The notes under the pieces are model-generated. The model did not search any database, was not told where the DNA came from, and saw nothing but the letters and a program-made list of their open reading frames with translations. Positions 25,601 to 27,050 of a stretch of DNA of 62,972 nucleotides are shown piece by piece; positions within the stretch are counted from its first letter, which is position 1; every line of letters starts with the position of its first letter. The stretch covers positions 1 to 62,972 of the forward strand of contig JAWAZZ010000003.1 in assembly GCA_038997305.1 (NCBI GenBank), given 5' to 3'. Both the position numbers and the translations under genes were made by a program. Origin of the DNA: Candidatus Aenigmatarchaeota archaeon (GTDB lineage: Archaea; Aenigmatarchaeota; Aenigmatarchaeia; CG10238-14; SpSt-28).

Positions 25601-27048
25601 CAGAAAAAGTTGAAGATATTGTATTAACATATGTAATAAAAGATTTAGAAACAGGAAAACTATACAATGTTTATAAAGAAACTGTTGCTGTGGAAACAGT
25701 ATTATCATTTACGAGAGAAATTAAATTACCAGAAGGAATTCTACCTGATAGAAAGTATTTAATAGAAGTTAATGCAAGCTATTGGTATGGAAGAAAGTAT
25801 GCATATGCAGCAGATACATTTGAAGTAATTTCGTTACCATTACCAGTTAAAATATTTAGGTCTATACTCTTAAATCCAATAACATATTTAGTTGCTTTCG
25901 GAATTGCTCCTTCTGCATGGCTGGCTCAAAAAGCATGGACAGCATACAAACTCAAAAAATTGAAAGAGAAAAGATATGCGTTACCAATAGATTTTGATAA
26001 ATTACCAAAACCTGGACCTTATAGTATAGAAGTTGGAAAAATTGCAGAAACTGATGTAAAAGCATATTTCGATACCAGACAACTAATAATGCATACAATA
26101 GCTGCTGGAGGTACGGGTAGCGGAAAGACAGTAAGTGCTATGGTTGTAGCAGAAGAATTATTAAAGAGAAATATACCAGTAATAGTTTTTGATCCAACAG
26201 CACAATGGACTGGATTTATTAAACCAAACAAAGATCCTACAATGCTTCCGTTGTATTCTAAATTCGGATTAAAACCAGAAGATGCTAGAGGATTTAAAAC
26301 AAATATTATTGTAGTTGAAGATCCAGATATGCCATTAGACTTAAAGAAATATATGAATCCTGGAGAAATTACAGTATTTGTTCTTAACAAATTAAAACCA
26401 GAAGAATTAGATAAATTCATAAGAAGAAGTATTGATGCTGTATTTGAAATGAGACCACCAGAATCTAAAGAACTTAAATTATTGTTAGTTTACGATGAAA
26501 TACATAGAACATTACCAAAATATGGAGGTAAGGGTGGATATATAGCATTAGAAAGAGGTGCTAGAGAATTCAGAAAGTGGGGTATTGGATTATTCTTAAT
26601 ATCACAAGTACTTTTAGACTTTAAGGGAGCTATTAGAGCTAATATAGCTACTGAAATTCAATTAAGAACTAAGTATGAAGGTGATATTAATAGAGTTAAA
26701 CAGAAATATGGTAGCGAATACGCAGCCAAAGTTACTAAACTTACAGTAGGTACTGGAATTGTTCAAAACCCAGAATATAATAATGGTAAACCATGGATTG
26801 TATCATTTAGACCTCTATTACACTCTACATTTGCTTTATCAAAAGAAGAATTAGAAACATACATGAAATTAAGGAAAAAACTAGAAGAATTTGAAAAAGA
26901 AGTAGAGGCATTAAAAGCTAAAGGAGTAGACACCTTCGATATTGAAAATGAAATAAAGTTAGCATGGGATAGGTTAAAACAAGGTATGTTCAGAATGGTT
27001 GAAACATACATAGAAAGTATTGAAACAAACTTGAAACGATATAAATAA
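1..27048 (+). CDS. Giant modular cell-surface protein, 5'-truncated by the window edge (at least 9,015 codons here), ending in a TM helix plus a cytoplasmic HerA/FtsK-type (DUF87-like) P-loop ATPase domain
   Basis: Frame +1 is open from nt 1 (EKTFVADSDKINVYVKY...), so the TTG at 205 in the ORF track is only the first start-like codon, not a credible start. There is no stop until TAA 27046-27048, although stops are frequent in the other frames of this AT-rich DNA. The translation is a chain of beta-sandwich-type modules dense in N-x-S/T sequons, followed by a P/A/G linker, a hydrophobic helix and a Walker A/B domain. Confidence 0.9.
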   Translation, partial: EKTFVADSDKINVYVKYRIGNESFEESKSFELKQRFLDFNLSFSNNKLLIFGFSECYKILNLEIYKDSLLLENRSFEANNSFSLEYEINSSGKYVVSINGISKALDINLEQNVSKNESYLVLYLNKNNFTSNETIQIFGEVVFNGLRINDSISLNVLFNDSLVYNFSVNAFNGSFSYSFSSNFSSEGFYVLKAIYKNLENFTTFYFKSSSFENIINKSFENITSNLTSEEITFSLKSLKKHYKIGEKAVFEIDSKGKLPKKLFAYLIDPEGKQINVTDKIVYRDGKYFVELDTGRSFRPGMYKLKVVGVGDKGKGKGAFGVLGSEEISQETEFALGLVVVNTPKSIYLPGENVTIIVGVLDIYGGRVTDADVNLTITTPSKKIISATYNYATNSGEIINKGDGTYEYYFIPTEIGRYNISVYARSTSSFVNATFESFFEVRNFVEFDIERIGPTVSYLHGGEMSIRIIPKIDAGTLIISEYLPKDWNVSTDNGIVLEKEDSKIIVWHVKSEKDKPIILNYTFDPPDISPMLGLLGPLEIKFKGNEFRELKEWSVAVDTVYWFYVEWYIRERYSGKAIDELTLCRGMDYNFTILLLELAFDTDLLDTATYNGKLQILPEGAASYVDLPAYGWDYFDGLGNVRGVPGNDIANALGCANGVDDNCYFHTRGIRISPTAQLGRYKLKYTISGLSGYFQEGTNIINVRVIDCKDVNLIRRIKVYGPSGKWGYVIRGHLATIAVPLANYNATTAISGNVSVKILDDKGNELNWFFWDNKTKNFVIPPSPNAPYSYSETILTFRFEVPDNAIDIPYAAEVEIRTNSTINSYISYYEPFELQLSDDNSKFPVIIFTSPPRAGTADSAASEIYRFAVCNYGDYNITGATINVYPVVKGTTSPSVIESINLPSPTTITAETITWTNVNISTSNCSIAALRVVGPEDAGIEGAYVIEVIYYDQNIGSTISLSKYDSTSIAGGSATSDTSGSPNFRFNITYLPSSASIAVNYMLHDTGDSVGNVYRLLLQIPPGFNLTYLSRAPDIGYPIGSIYEGYIISWTTTISTTSGDTVTTIPVSDMRFTTGIIGDFTPGGKVFYQHLVGHGGARLAKWYTYQETPLILLGPWLKTVRYYNTTPIDDQIGFPTFFACGNFTTKLQVFNKGNVPAYNFNITEIKENIIKTHPGDLQFYGFVPNPSYYIQSQLINWDSTISFLATGKDNAKNFTYSIFVPYQTNGTFKFYARPTNRTLTFYDEDYIISVACGASLSVSDLTTKKGEITNPTIYAGDIFNISATIYNDGPGNASNVIVEINYTNTTPIKGLENLVIRNITYHISNITYLGTIGPKQSKIAHIDYTYIVNTSNVGPGTIRFCIIANATENSTKVYNCKDVTLNAPPALIELENPIIISEETKTSSGSWGFDFIFNISVRVRNSDNNVNVCAYFSKTGSEPWKLIGCNVYPAPGTNIGNWMNFSFRFDPSCEDIGNPVFVKFNATNNAGTTNSTQNIPFTITKDRIIFENIIGNSTETRRGKIPTLLALRVRDANGTLIPNLPITFYVTLDGNVYDQGYTVYTNSSGYANYNFLASCSPKYQVGYQKWKAVLTNNQCYADNSTENYYNLSVLVTGDILLTLVRPDGSSNYTQEDTITFLGYTNDDCGDALTANVKFYANQSLTSFECSNVIQVGSNAYTCDWHTDITTPMGWYNVTMVASRDYHYTNITANAKYPGLFYLKPIYKLENPQAYPLQEGWGYKNWNFTVIASSGDSVNAYDVNIYLGDLWPPAKPCDNCVNATPKTCFNCYKQVVTFLRNFTANEIGTWYYRFSLGPTSTTQVTYVIVEKDDVNISYVSGNNSVVIKDTQPALLSVRVYDLDAQTYNLNPPALVTFKIYDSRYPNGYKIIGSNYTNSSGYANFLLNITDCSWLEGTQKWSAEIDDSDNAYKKAYTPENYTITLYLPGCQPQVDIYSIDLPKEAFQYRNFTIITYVTSWVSAANDVYINISLPNGWLVDQQTKYLGTVNVGEFREVYWNIYPTSYGEGYVTFYVNSSNAGSKVKSSDKVIVYKFGNSQQNSLLTLNPKDSKILNFDCEAGIYRLANLTINISNGNSIIKIESFNGSNWIIVSNNLFVNTNKYFIPILTKQISSDSNGKCKIRITNIGNYSITINEAYLTSYYNESLRIEGIKVLVNNVEVESLDSSERYFNVSVRIGNSLDYDKQVNLTLKILKDSTEIYSNNKSFLISANSFAYINFTNISTNSWNEGIYKIVAILQSSDYSETLTREIVFDSIKIDVDYSKYQCNSTTEKIKVTIYQPLEDIIFYNVSLIVPSGWNYLPNNVAITSKGKGYYVAEFNLTAFSDIEQNYQITIKVDYNYSTGKTKTQNIILTVSPNIPILEVIREIPSLVSSSIVFKPRITIHNKGCGVANNVIVKEYLSAGWIGANPSIAKNEYSEDPEISNKDVDLIYSETDLINNILTWKLSEIKPNQYAVLTYQIKAPATLNTEGNFLYNVSWNDKYFVQEKNPTKVYTYAYSQESHLEFDLESLQDPNYPWSEVRSLQVNVPYNLTLKVTNIGDIPTYSDWIVKLYIPNDCDVINVENGIWNVSERKIVWNLQNIATYQTAYLNFTLKCYKEKQFVLIAEGIRDTRTQITFENSTSIYCESSSKPAYCYYKSNFMLTKPNNARYEKLSNLTLKIYNVFSANNLTVGNSYVKVFDDSSNEYIIWQDFSFNNKESNITQQFLIPEEIQNNFVNSLKTFEISSYTDATKNTYTKISILNISYTWNLGRLFNESQNLFIKSKVYTYAPLLANATLYINGSNKTVGGWGEKFEFSVKVRDRFGRDVIVRLYHRKVGDVWQLVGEQTCYSCYNWKEFNFTYDYDYTDISNWEFKFVGINSDGTSELYGYVYTVEKDDLQLTPILPQWNSSVYRAYGYNFTVYAFDIDNQTIPYVLEDNKPFIALSQYGNNQTYKIYTISPAINSSGYIILYVSNAEFCNPSNNFYLGQNYWYAGITASSYYKDTNTRIPPYNALPYVLIGSLYNSIIYPINVNFSFELDTITLRGIVKDDCGNVRADDDMYVYFNLTNGNFNYQCIATRVGNEFQCTFNPRALNAPLGWYNITMYSSKPLHTEGISIARNAFFLAIIPDIINISIKPFGGPWGLSPFNFSAYIIDEDKNLVNITHYLRKLPENYQTAYLDSCINCNYYLTSFLRNFTCDYLTIDVGNWTYKIEVKDEAGFSNQSQEITFEIQKEPITINLLEGNNTLFNRTNVPNSKPYNLSVYILDTILNKNVTIIPIVNLRLEGPTNSLTSMQIDEANSKYYYEFYPDCSYNVGEYKWYVYVTNDQCYANARSQNFTLKVFGQLYVNIISPTDWQMVSEGQQVSIRATVSDDCNVAQSDANVYFILRNERTLQEFRCPESGYATFDGTSYVCNFNTISKPGGNYTIIAYASKNYYWNSSSIKQNAFFLVTPVRILNVYMNYEQDGGWGEIHSFTATIDHYADVIVCLLEKPLDATNYQITECKYLSNPSGGKNITFSKRYTCSDYVRSQFWNFKINASEPGIPSSYSESAEYSHLLQKNDLQLTIFYNDTEAKRYGNSRARLIIYAYDLDQKQAAYVSTYSSPLIKFRVYNGSYFVDVGSNSTNSSGYSTFFFKPDCSFNVGPKEWYAYTEADACYKNVISNRDNITIVGLLNPRLVYPINEQFIRYAELYINLSSIVNDECNLVSFNNANVTFKAKSVAFGSEYICSEVNYANGYYNCTLNATSIEEGWYDVNVSASNVKYYDDYYYIQNNSFKIIHQLVPPVLSGEYAYAEKDGGFGERWYFRVNVSDLNGDDVNVYLWVSKDGINWQLVNQTICYNCGKERTIELSYKGFDCSWIGTAYFKFNASDAYNSTDRPAFTFNLAKDDVRIEYYSGNESYLIRGIGGILQARIFDIDKGDYVDSQVALYVTNDKVNYQLVAINNSQNSIATLFFNPDCNFATGQQYWKIGSYNDACYKDANSSEFVLYVVGHIDANITYPNGNKFLRGSNITLNISVFDECSQNVKLENAKINITMRSNRDGSIRYCYDVIELGNGEYSCTFNSSGFTPNYYNITLNISRSYYLDKTKSFANVFWIETNPILFNLRTIPSVLGWGETLTVKFNFTDEDLDTHTVRVYLIKTDYSRIRTRDVTGVTGINTEYSATFAFSQQDIGSWYVIANVSDDFGKAEVSTNITIEKDDTRIDYVSGNGTVVNRISNSTTLVLRAIDVDNPSNVIVNQLAKFWVTRDSSDYIEIGSVYTQSDGTLSITFDPDCRFSVGIKKWKGGLLENLYWKASNSSDYYLTIVSNLTGNILQPNGNVILRGTDGITIRATVSDDCGYVSDANVEFIVGTTNINVTCDNVIKDGLGNYTCYLSPDILLALPFGWQNVTMIAKREFYENEFVLTKQNAFYLADKPRLEELNLYSTNYRWGSTFTFSAKLYDLDEDNKTVYLWISKDKINWKLINYTTIIGRTSPQGDLITFVYIPTCNDVGSWYFKFNVTDTSGYSDEKEGWQFDILKRPATIIAVSGLNEIIPREGYTTRTLSIRAIDALNSNNISNAKVTFVLINKTNQETYYTTYTNVNGLAFYAFDPDCSFNASQNYWYVKLEDNQCYEDSVSPLFTYYIYGKLYNNLLYPPFGSVFPSRTQFNISSIITSDCADEGNISGANLEIKVIGQEEYSCSNIYEYNGVYNCTFDTSNKKAGTYNIVLNSTKQYYFGDYTTYSNWFSIVNSIPTYSNLNVTPSKAPWTSVFNFSVYVSDPDGDTVRCALEINKGGSFVEVAVTQIQGSGLCSFLISNFDCLDIGTKEFRFSLYDYYNNVVYTETKTFEITKSYVSINLVAGNGTNVRRNIDSTVFRVNVKDLVRNSLVGLNNLPEAKIKFNITNDGYNFVTLDEVITISGYAETTFYPDCSYSATTQYWKAYVSEDDSCYYYNETTPNFTVNVIGSLLPTVIQPTNLAKYRRGENVTIRVNVTDECTNLVDVDYINITPISKNTLQIFSCDVQRESLGYYNCSFNTSNVPAGSYDIRVNATKQYHVSSVYTESDTFFIETNPQLFNPNVDIYQDGWGKTRTFRVDAYDEDRDALYVCAYYRPVNTTEWKLIACRTKPSGIALATLSFTKSFSCDDLFGNDTYLYEFFFNVTDDDGNTANSEIRNFVLEKDDISISIAEGSNAIYNRSDIYKIPLTIYIRDLDANSHANRQVNATLYVTTIPGSTSYVIDNTYLNRFPTLGNITFYFPNLPKCTYEVGPQKWYVSVNSSCYKPANSPIGQVYVTTNPLNVSLLRPKGEIYPQLSNIPTVINVRDDCKFVSGATLSVEAIDIESNKYSCSSIVDYNNGTYSCYFSGLTTLGNYTIAIKADKNYYPQSPEYYFPNSFFIVSKPTVYSHQAYASKTYSSTGGWGDTWFFEIETYDEDQNFYNFEVLNVSLYIDFGNGYKYYGSQICSAPDCSSLKKFTFTTTFDCSKIGNANYKFVLTDVFNNTVEVTGTITIRQDSIQITPIIYPSSVEREGSTSYLFRSIVEDLDRGNLVDNMNATIMITRNYNNFDYIVPLKSINGYLDYYLDPDCSFLAGTQYFKLVSNDTCYEYFETSPINFDVIGSLKNYIVYPSQNSNILIEFGKIQNITINVKDECGVNQENVNIITEAIWPNSFIENIPTYEIGNGYYNATWNLTYKIGGYYSFRITSSKQFYLSNTSLFSNWYYLNNTPPEILDIYVTPSSGPWGGVYSFIANISDLQRDNVVCKLYVYTGKGYWIYKGQQIIPNGNGICNINVNDFDCLDINTSFPIRFKFELNDGTNIINTSEIYAPSLTKNYATVYLVTGNNSFVNRAYSNSTLLSLRIYDSVRNVFVTQGVNGFVRVTKDGSNYGEFIYNQTNSSGYLNIYFDPSGDYEVGLQKWYGGVINDNCYFDTNSSEYYLTVLGEINVNTFEIDKQNYPYYLKPIENVTIVLTLVDDRYSYVSGANVSIKLINENGNAYDCKVIEIGSGTYRCTINTSLLSARWYNVSIYATKDYHIPLAANYSNVFFVETKPKVYNVSVISEQNSSIGGWGENWRFIVNFEDEDLDTNEIHLLIKPENSQTWYDVNYTTISGKNYSIIELAYKDPGLLQSYLGKWQAQFYSQDSRGYIEYSEIVNFTVEKDDVRIELALGNNSTVWRNSTQAVTLKVRIYDLDQKTYISSPTAKVYFFVTKDGNTFDSGKISYTDDSGYALIDFDPDCNYKTGRQIWVARIIDDNYYKPANSSNFTVNIYSTLIPNISYPDGHAFLVGELIPINITLTDECEFVNNASMSITIRFLATTYTCSPVNNIDNGIYNCIWDSSGKAYGSYSITATASKAYYASNSTTKSPAFYLASQPQLANPSIDKYFGGWGETYKFRVELTDLDRNLNNVSLWKSYDNQTWIYVASKSVTPTYTNYPVTFDVSFDCNDYLNGPKVYFKFTSRDQFGYYAESSIVNVTFEQNDVSISILTYNSSVRRFGNNYSYFLLQVYDADRKVYPNSTQVSLFVTENGNLYSVTLTNTTFIGNVSFYYDPTCNSLVGTQKWYARITDVCYKNINTTERPLTVIGQIYVNILSPTLNQKLYRNFTYYFNSSTKDECNIIVNDANVSWYFGNSRIGNQYNITYTIPNNYKLGLENVKANATRTYYDMNENITQIYVYGFADLREIYPINFSEILAGMPTEIACRVVDRNLNVPIEGYTVYFYKNNTLLGSALTNSSGYASIIWSTSSELAGYYEIKCNISSDNIKYYDPYINEISSIIRMRRPLIINEISVNPQEIYRNDTFTPNTATIRVRVYDSIVSATSNAIVHFYNETHYIGNCTPDNLGYCSITYNIPDNLDVGPKPIYINATPTIIGRENSATNITYVIAKGKLYIRIEQPINGSIFAKSSSVNVRVFATSENREDIPNKYPTSKVEITNSSSILGYANPSGEANIYSGTITLLDQKPGWLNLTARLSINYYDKAEDSILILVTGLAGVEFVTPKDNQEITYPTIIYPTCLVKDLDSNSGIENYPVEFYYRTENSDWYFVSTQITNSSGYANITFIPPTKGIFYFRCVIYNNQTLVYSAINNESIVKVIFKDLTPPTILQTSINPTYDIEANKDYVNITALVVDNIGISEVWTNITLPNGSSVRVNMNLISGNLTYGYYSATYIPPIGGEYNVTIFAKDLPPEANVNSSFAGSFFVFGKTYLDLTVKPTEVVASGITIYEGYPFNINITINNLGPTTAYELNVSIYDDSSNRIEYSTNSISLDKLLRYVNVTNLILSRIKEATPAQAINIFINLTWRNPDNTYNSTLARIFVLVAENPKLEVKPSYYESVVEHDSIKNIGSLNITNIGNVPVSEIKLSLDLNTPFFMRCINCTITLNPSYQGFLAMGQSFNSSITVKIPAGQDPGSYWTRVLISSKEAATIYSILNVSVPINNSWIINKEISGIILAPIGTRKDIDKVEFTNIGNVNVSISIFVSGNGAELIRVENFSSFSFVLPKQKSRNITFSYDIPIDKPEGLYDVRVVMRSLDGSPNLREFTFMLNVTDIPPIIENVTFSKTDFEVNETINISAKVYDNIALDKVWINISYPDNTSEIKLMNYYNGLFVANLSSSKEGNISVSICANDTKGLTNCLEYKVRAYSKTLLDIISEIITFENVTLENSQTKNVKVNLTNLGFARARNITIVDSLNDSFIISSINISQLLAQQTLALQLNITALNGTFANNYTTNVTIYWRNLDGSIANKTSEIKIVILPIHSLKILNRTEIIRNGEVKDVNITIIANGNLNETNITFTCIENCETFGINITKFIDKIALGETKDINVTVKVPTDLPTGEYLVKFVAFNEFIYSEGFLKILVPVNISWEQTPNYLEYEVVQNDYLESKITLTNKGNIRLLLNLSSEIINGTRFAFFDNFENSSNITLKIGESKDIKILIKAPVVYNYSIFENRIVSKNYTAESGLQTKETRIILKIHPFFVKILEPTENNPLKNVISGDTIYAKVNVSYGNDILSSNVSFRVYLANETFKYEIENFIAQFLPTERYWLITFIAPNLTESIAYDLIINTTYLTKNISKLAIEPKAIIYKDNIPPSIEVFIPPKVRVNTTTTILVNVTDLGGVENASTIIVKPDGNLSYYNLTFVRRIGSTYIYKLDFNETQQLGTYVINVIAYDKSGNKAEKSSKFDVRPLIYFSGISYDLEKVEFTPLNVTFELYPSQSLQLAYAIVPDEDGYYNETIESMYYDIVYKFFNESLTIYNVGLFEDIFNPIVLGIPRSIILPKEAIKGYYIESIFKASSTLAFDISNVDTKTYNINLLGIYHCANWTRYIGCNSTWIRLNSIVSASSLKVYAINLSEIRGAYILAQYVCGNNVCEDRFGESNAVCPIDCPIAPSAGAPAAPGIPAAPPIGGAPIGVPGGIGAGGGAPTITLPPYEVFTKEISVTLKPKEHTIVSIDIGNNRNRDIKVRFKAEGLIWEFVQLEANEIDIKASQRGTVKMKVFAPEGKMPGIYTGDLVVYIENETYRIPVTIKIELPPEPLLDVIINVLKKTIEPNETLRVFVRVVNMGQTEKVEDIVLTYVIKDLETGKLYNVYKETVAVETVLSFTREIKLPEGILPDRKYLIEVNASYWYGRKYAYAADTFEVISLPLPVKIFRSILLNPITYLVAFGIAPSAWLAQKAWTAYKLKKLKEKRYALPIDFDKLPKPGPYSIEVGKIAETDVKAYFDTRQLIMHTIAAGGTGSGKTVSAMVVAEELLKRNIPVIVFDPTAQWTGFIKPNKDPTMLPLYSKFGLKPEDARGFKTNIIVVEDPDMPLDLKKYMNPGEITVFVLNKLKPEELDKFIRRSIDAVFEMRPPESKELKLLLVYDEIHRTLPKYGGKGGYIALERGAREFRKWGIGLFLISQVLLDFKGAIRANIATEIQLRTKYEGDINRVKQKYGSEYAAKVTKLTVGTGIVQNPEYNNGKPWIVSFRPLLHSTFALSKEELETYMKLRKKLEEFEKEVEALKAKGVDTFDIENEIKLAWDRLKQGMFRMVETYIESIETNLKRYK
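1650..4150 (+). other. Non-repetitive, G/T/P/Y/W-richer region of the giant protein (candidate distal 'head'), ending in DUF11/CARDB-like modules
   Basis: The sequence WFYVEWYIRERYSGKAIDELTLCRGMDY...GCANGVDDNCYFHTRG...GHGGARLAKWYTYQETPLILLGPWLK has no counterpart elsewhere in the window. It has visibly fewer K/E/N residues and locally higher GC than the repeat arrays. Confidence 0.4.
4150..5830 (+). repeat. Two outlying copies of the super-repeat (copy 1 has modules A-B-C, copy 2 has A-B only)
   Basis: The G-W-G anchor tryptophans lie at nt 4216 (SGSWGFDF) and 5203 (QEGWGYKNW), 987 nt apart. Each is followed by the (E)KD(D/R) module and a TNSSGYAN motif; the identical 24-nt string actaattcttctggatatgcaaac occurs at ~4678 and ~5668. 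Confidence 0.7.
8341..19975 (+). repeat. 12 tandem copies of a ~315-333-aa three-module super-repeat (A: GGWGE/acidic D-x-D module; B: EKDD...TNSSGYA...DPDC module; C: DDCG...Y-x-C...Y-x-C module)
   Basis: Anchor W codons lie at 8407, 9406, 10387, 11380 (F replaces W), 12325, 13273, 14227, 15184, 16183, 17146, 18124 and 19081, giving spacings of 945-999 nt. Motifs recur in register: GGWGE.., EKDDV.I.Y..GN, TNSSGY..F.PDC.F..G.Q.W, CY, V.G.L...I..P, DDC/DEC, Y.C...G.Y.C.F, G.Y.I...A.K.YY. Copies are strongly diverged at the nucleotide level. Confidence 0.85.
19975..21200 (+). other. Several Big_1/carboxypeptidase-regulatory-like beta-sandwich modules
   Basis: Examples are IACRVVDRNLNVPIEGYTVYFYKNNTLLGSALTNSSGYASIIWSTSSELAGYYEIKC and CLVKDLDSNSGIENYPVEFYYRTENSDWYFVSTQITNSSGYANITFIPPTKGIFYFRC. 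Pattern recognition only. Confidence 0.5.
21200..24990 (+). other. Three higher-order units, each an Ig-like 'PP-x-I' module followed by CARDB/NEW3-like modules; the last unit ends in a double-Cys module
   Basis: The Ig-like modules start at ~21208 (LTPPTILQTSINP...), ~22558 (DIPPIIENVTFSK...) and ~24166 (DNIPPSIEVFIPP...). Between them are CARDB-type segments such as YEGYPFNINITINNLGPTTAYELNVSIYD, GSLNITNIGNVPVSEIKL, PAGQDPGSYWTRVLISS, PIDKPEGLYDVRVVMRS and PTDLPTGEYLVKFVAFN. Confidence 0.55.
25000..25194 (+). other. Cys motif (CGNNVCEDRFGESNAVCPIDCP) followed by a P/A/G-rich low-complexity linker
   Basis: Read directly: C codons at 25000, 25015, 25048 and 25060, then PIAPSAGAPAAPGIPAAPPIGGAPIGVPGGIGAGGGAPTITLPP (25063-25194). 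This is the most GC-rich stretch of the gene. Confidence 0.85.
25861..25926 (+). other. Predicted single transmembrane helix of the giant protein
   Basis: SILLNPITYLVAFGIAPSAWLA is followed by the basic stretch QKAWTAYKLKKLKEKRY (positive-inside). It is the only hydrophobic stretch between the last CARDB-like modules and the ATPase domain, and is only moderately hydrophobic. Confidence 0.6.
25975..27045 (+). other. HerA/FtsK-superfamily (DUF87-like) P-loop ATPase domain plus a C-terminal coiled-coil tail
   Basis: Walker A is AAGGTGSGKT (26101-26130), preceded by H and followed by VIVFDPTAQW. Walker B is LLLVYDEIH (26479-26505). EFRKWGIGLFLISQVLLDF...ATEIQLRTKYEGD matches the HerA-type 'EGRK.G..l.lisQrP....i.lr..n..D' pattern. 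The tail SKEELETYMKLRKKLEEFEKEVEALKAKG is heptad-like. Confidence 0.8.
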
Positions 27049-27050
27049 TT

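Noticed and set aside
4116-26420. About 17 short minus-strand ORFs (60-133 aa) inside the giant gene (e.g. 4116-4298, 15255-15500, 20412-20732, 23184-23498, 26019-26420)
   Set aside because: All lie antisense to a 27-kb ORF with clear domain structure. Their translations are F/L/S/I-rich mirror images of K/E/N-rich codons, with no motifs. They are expected by chance.
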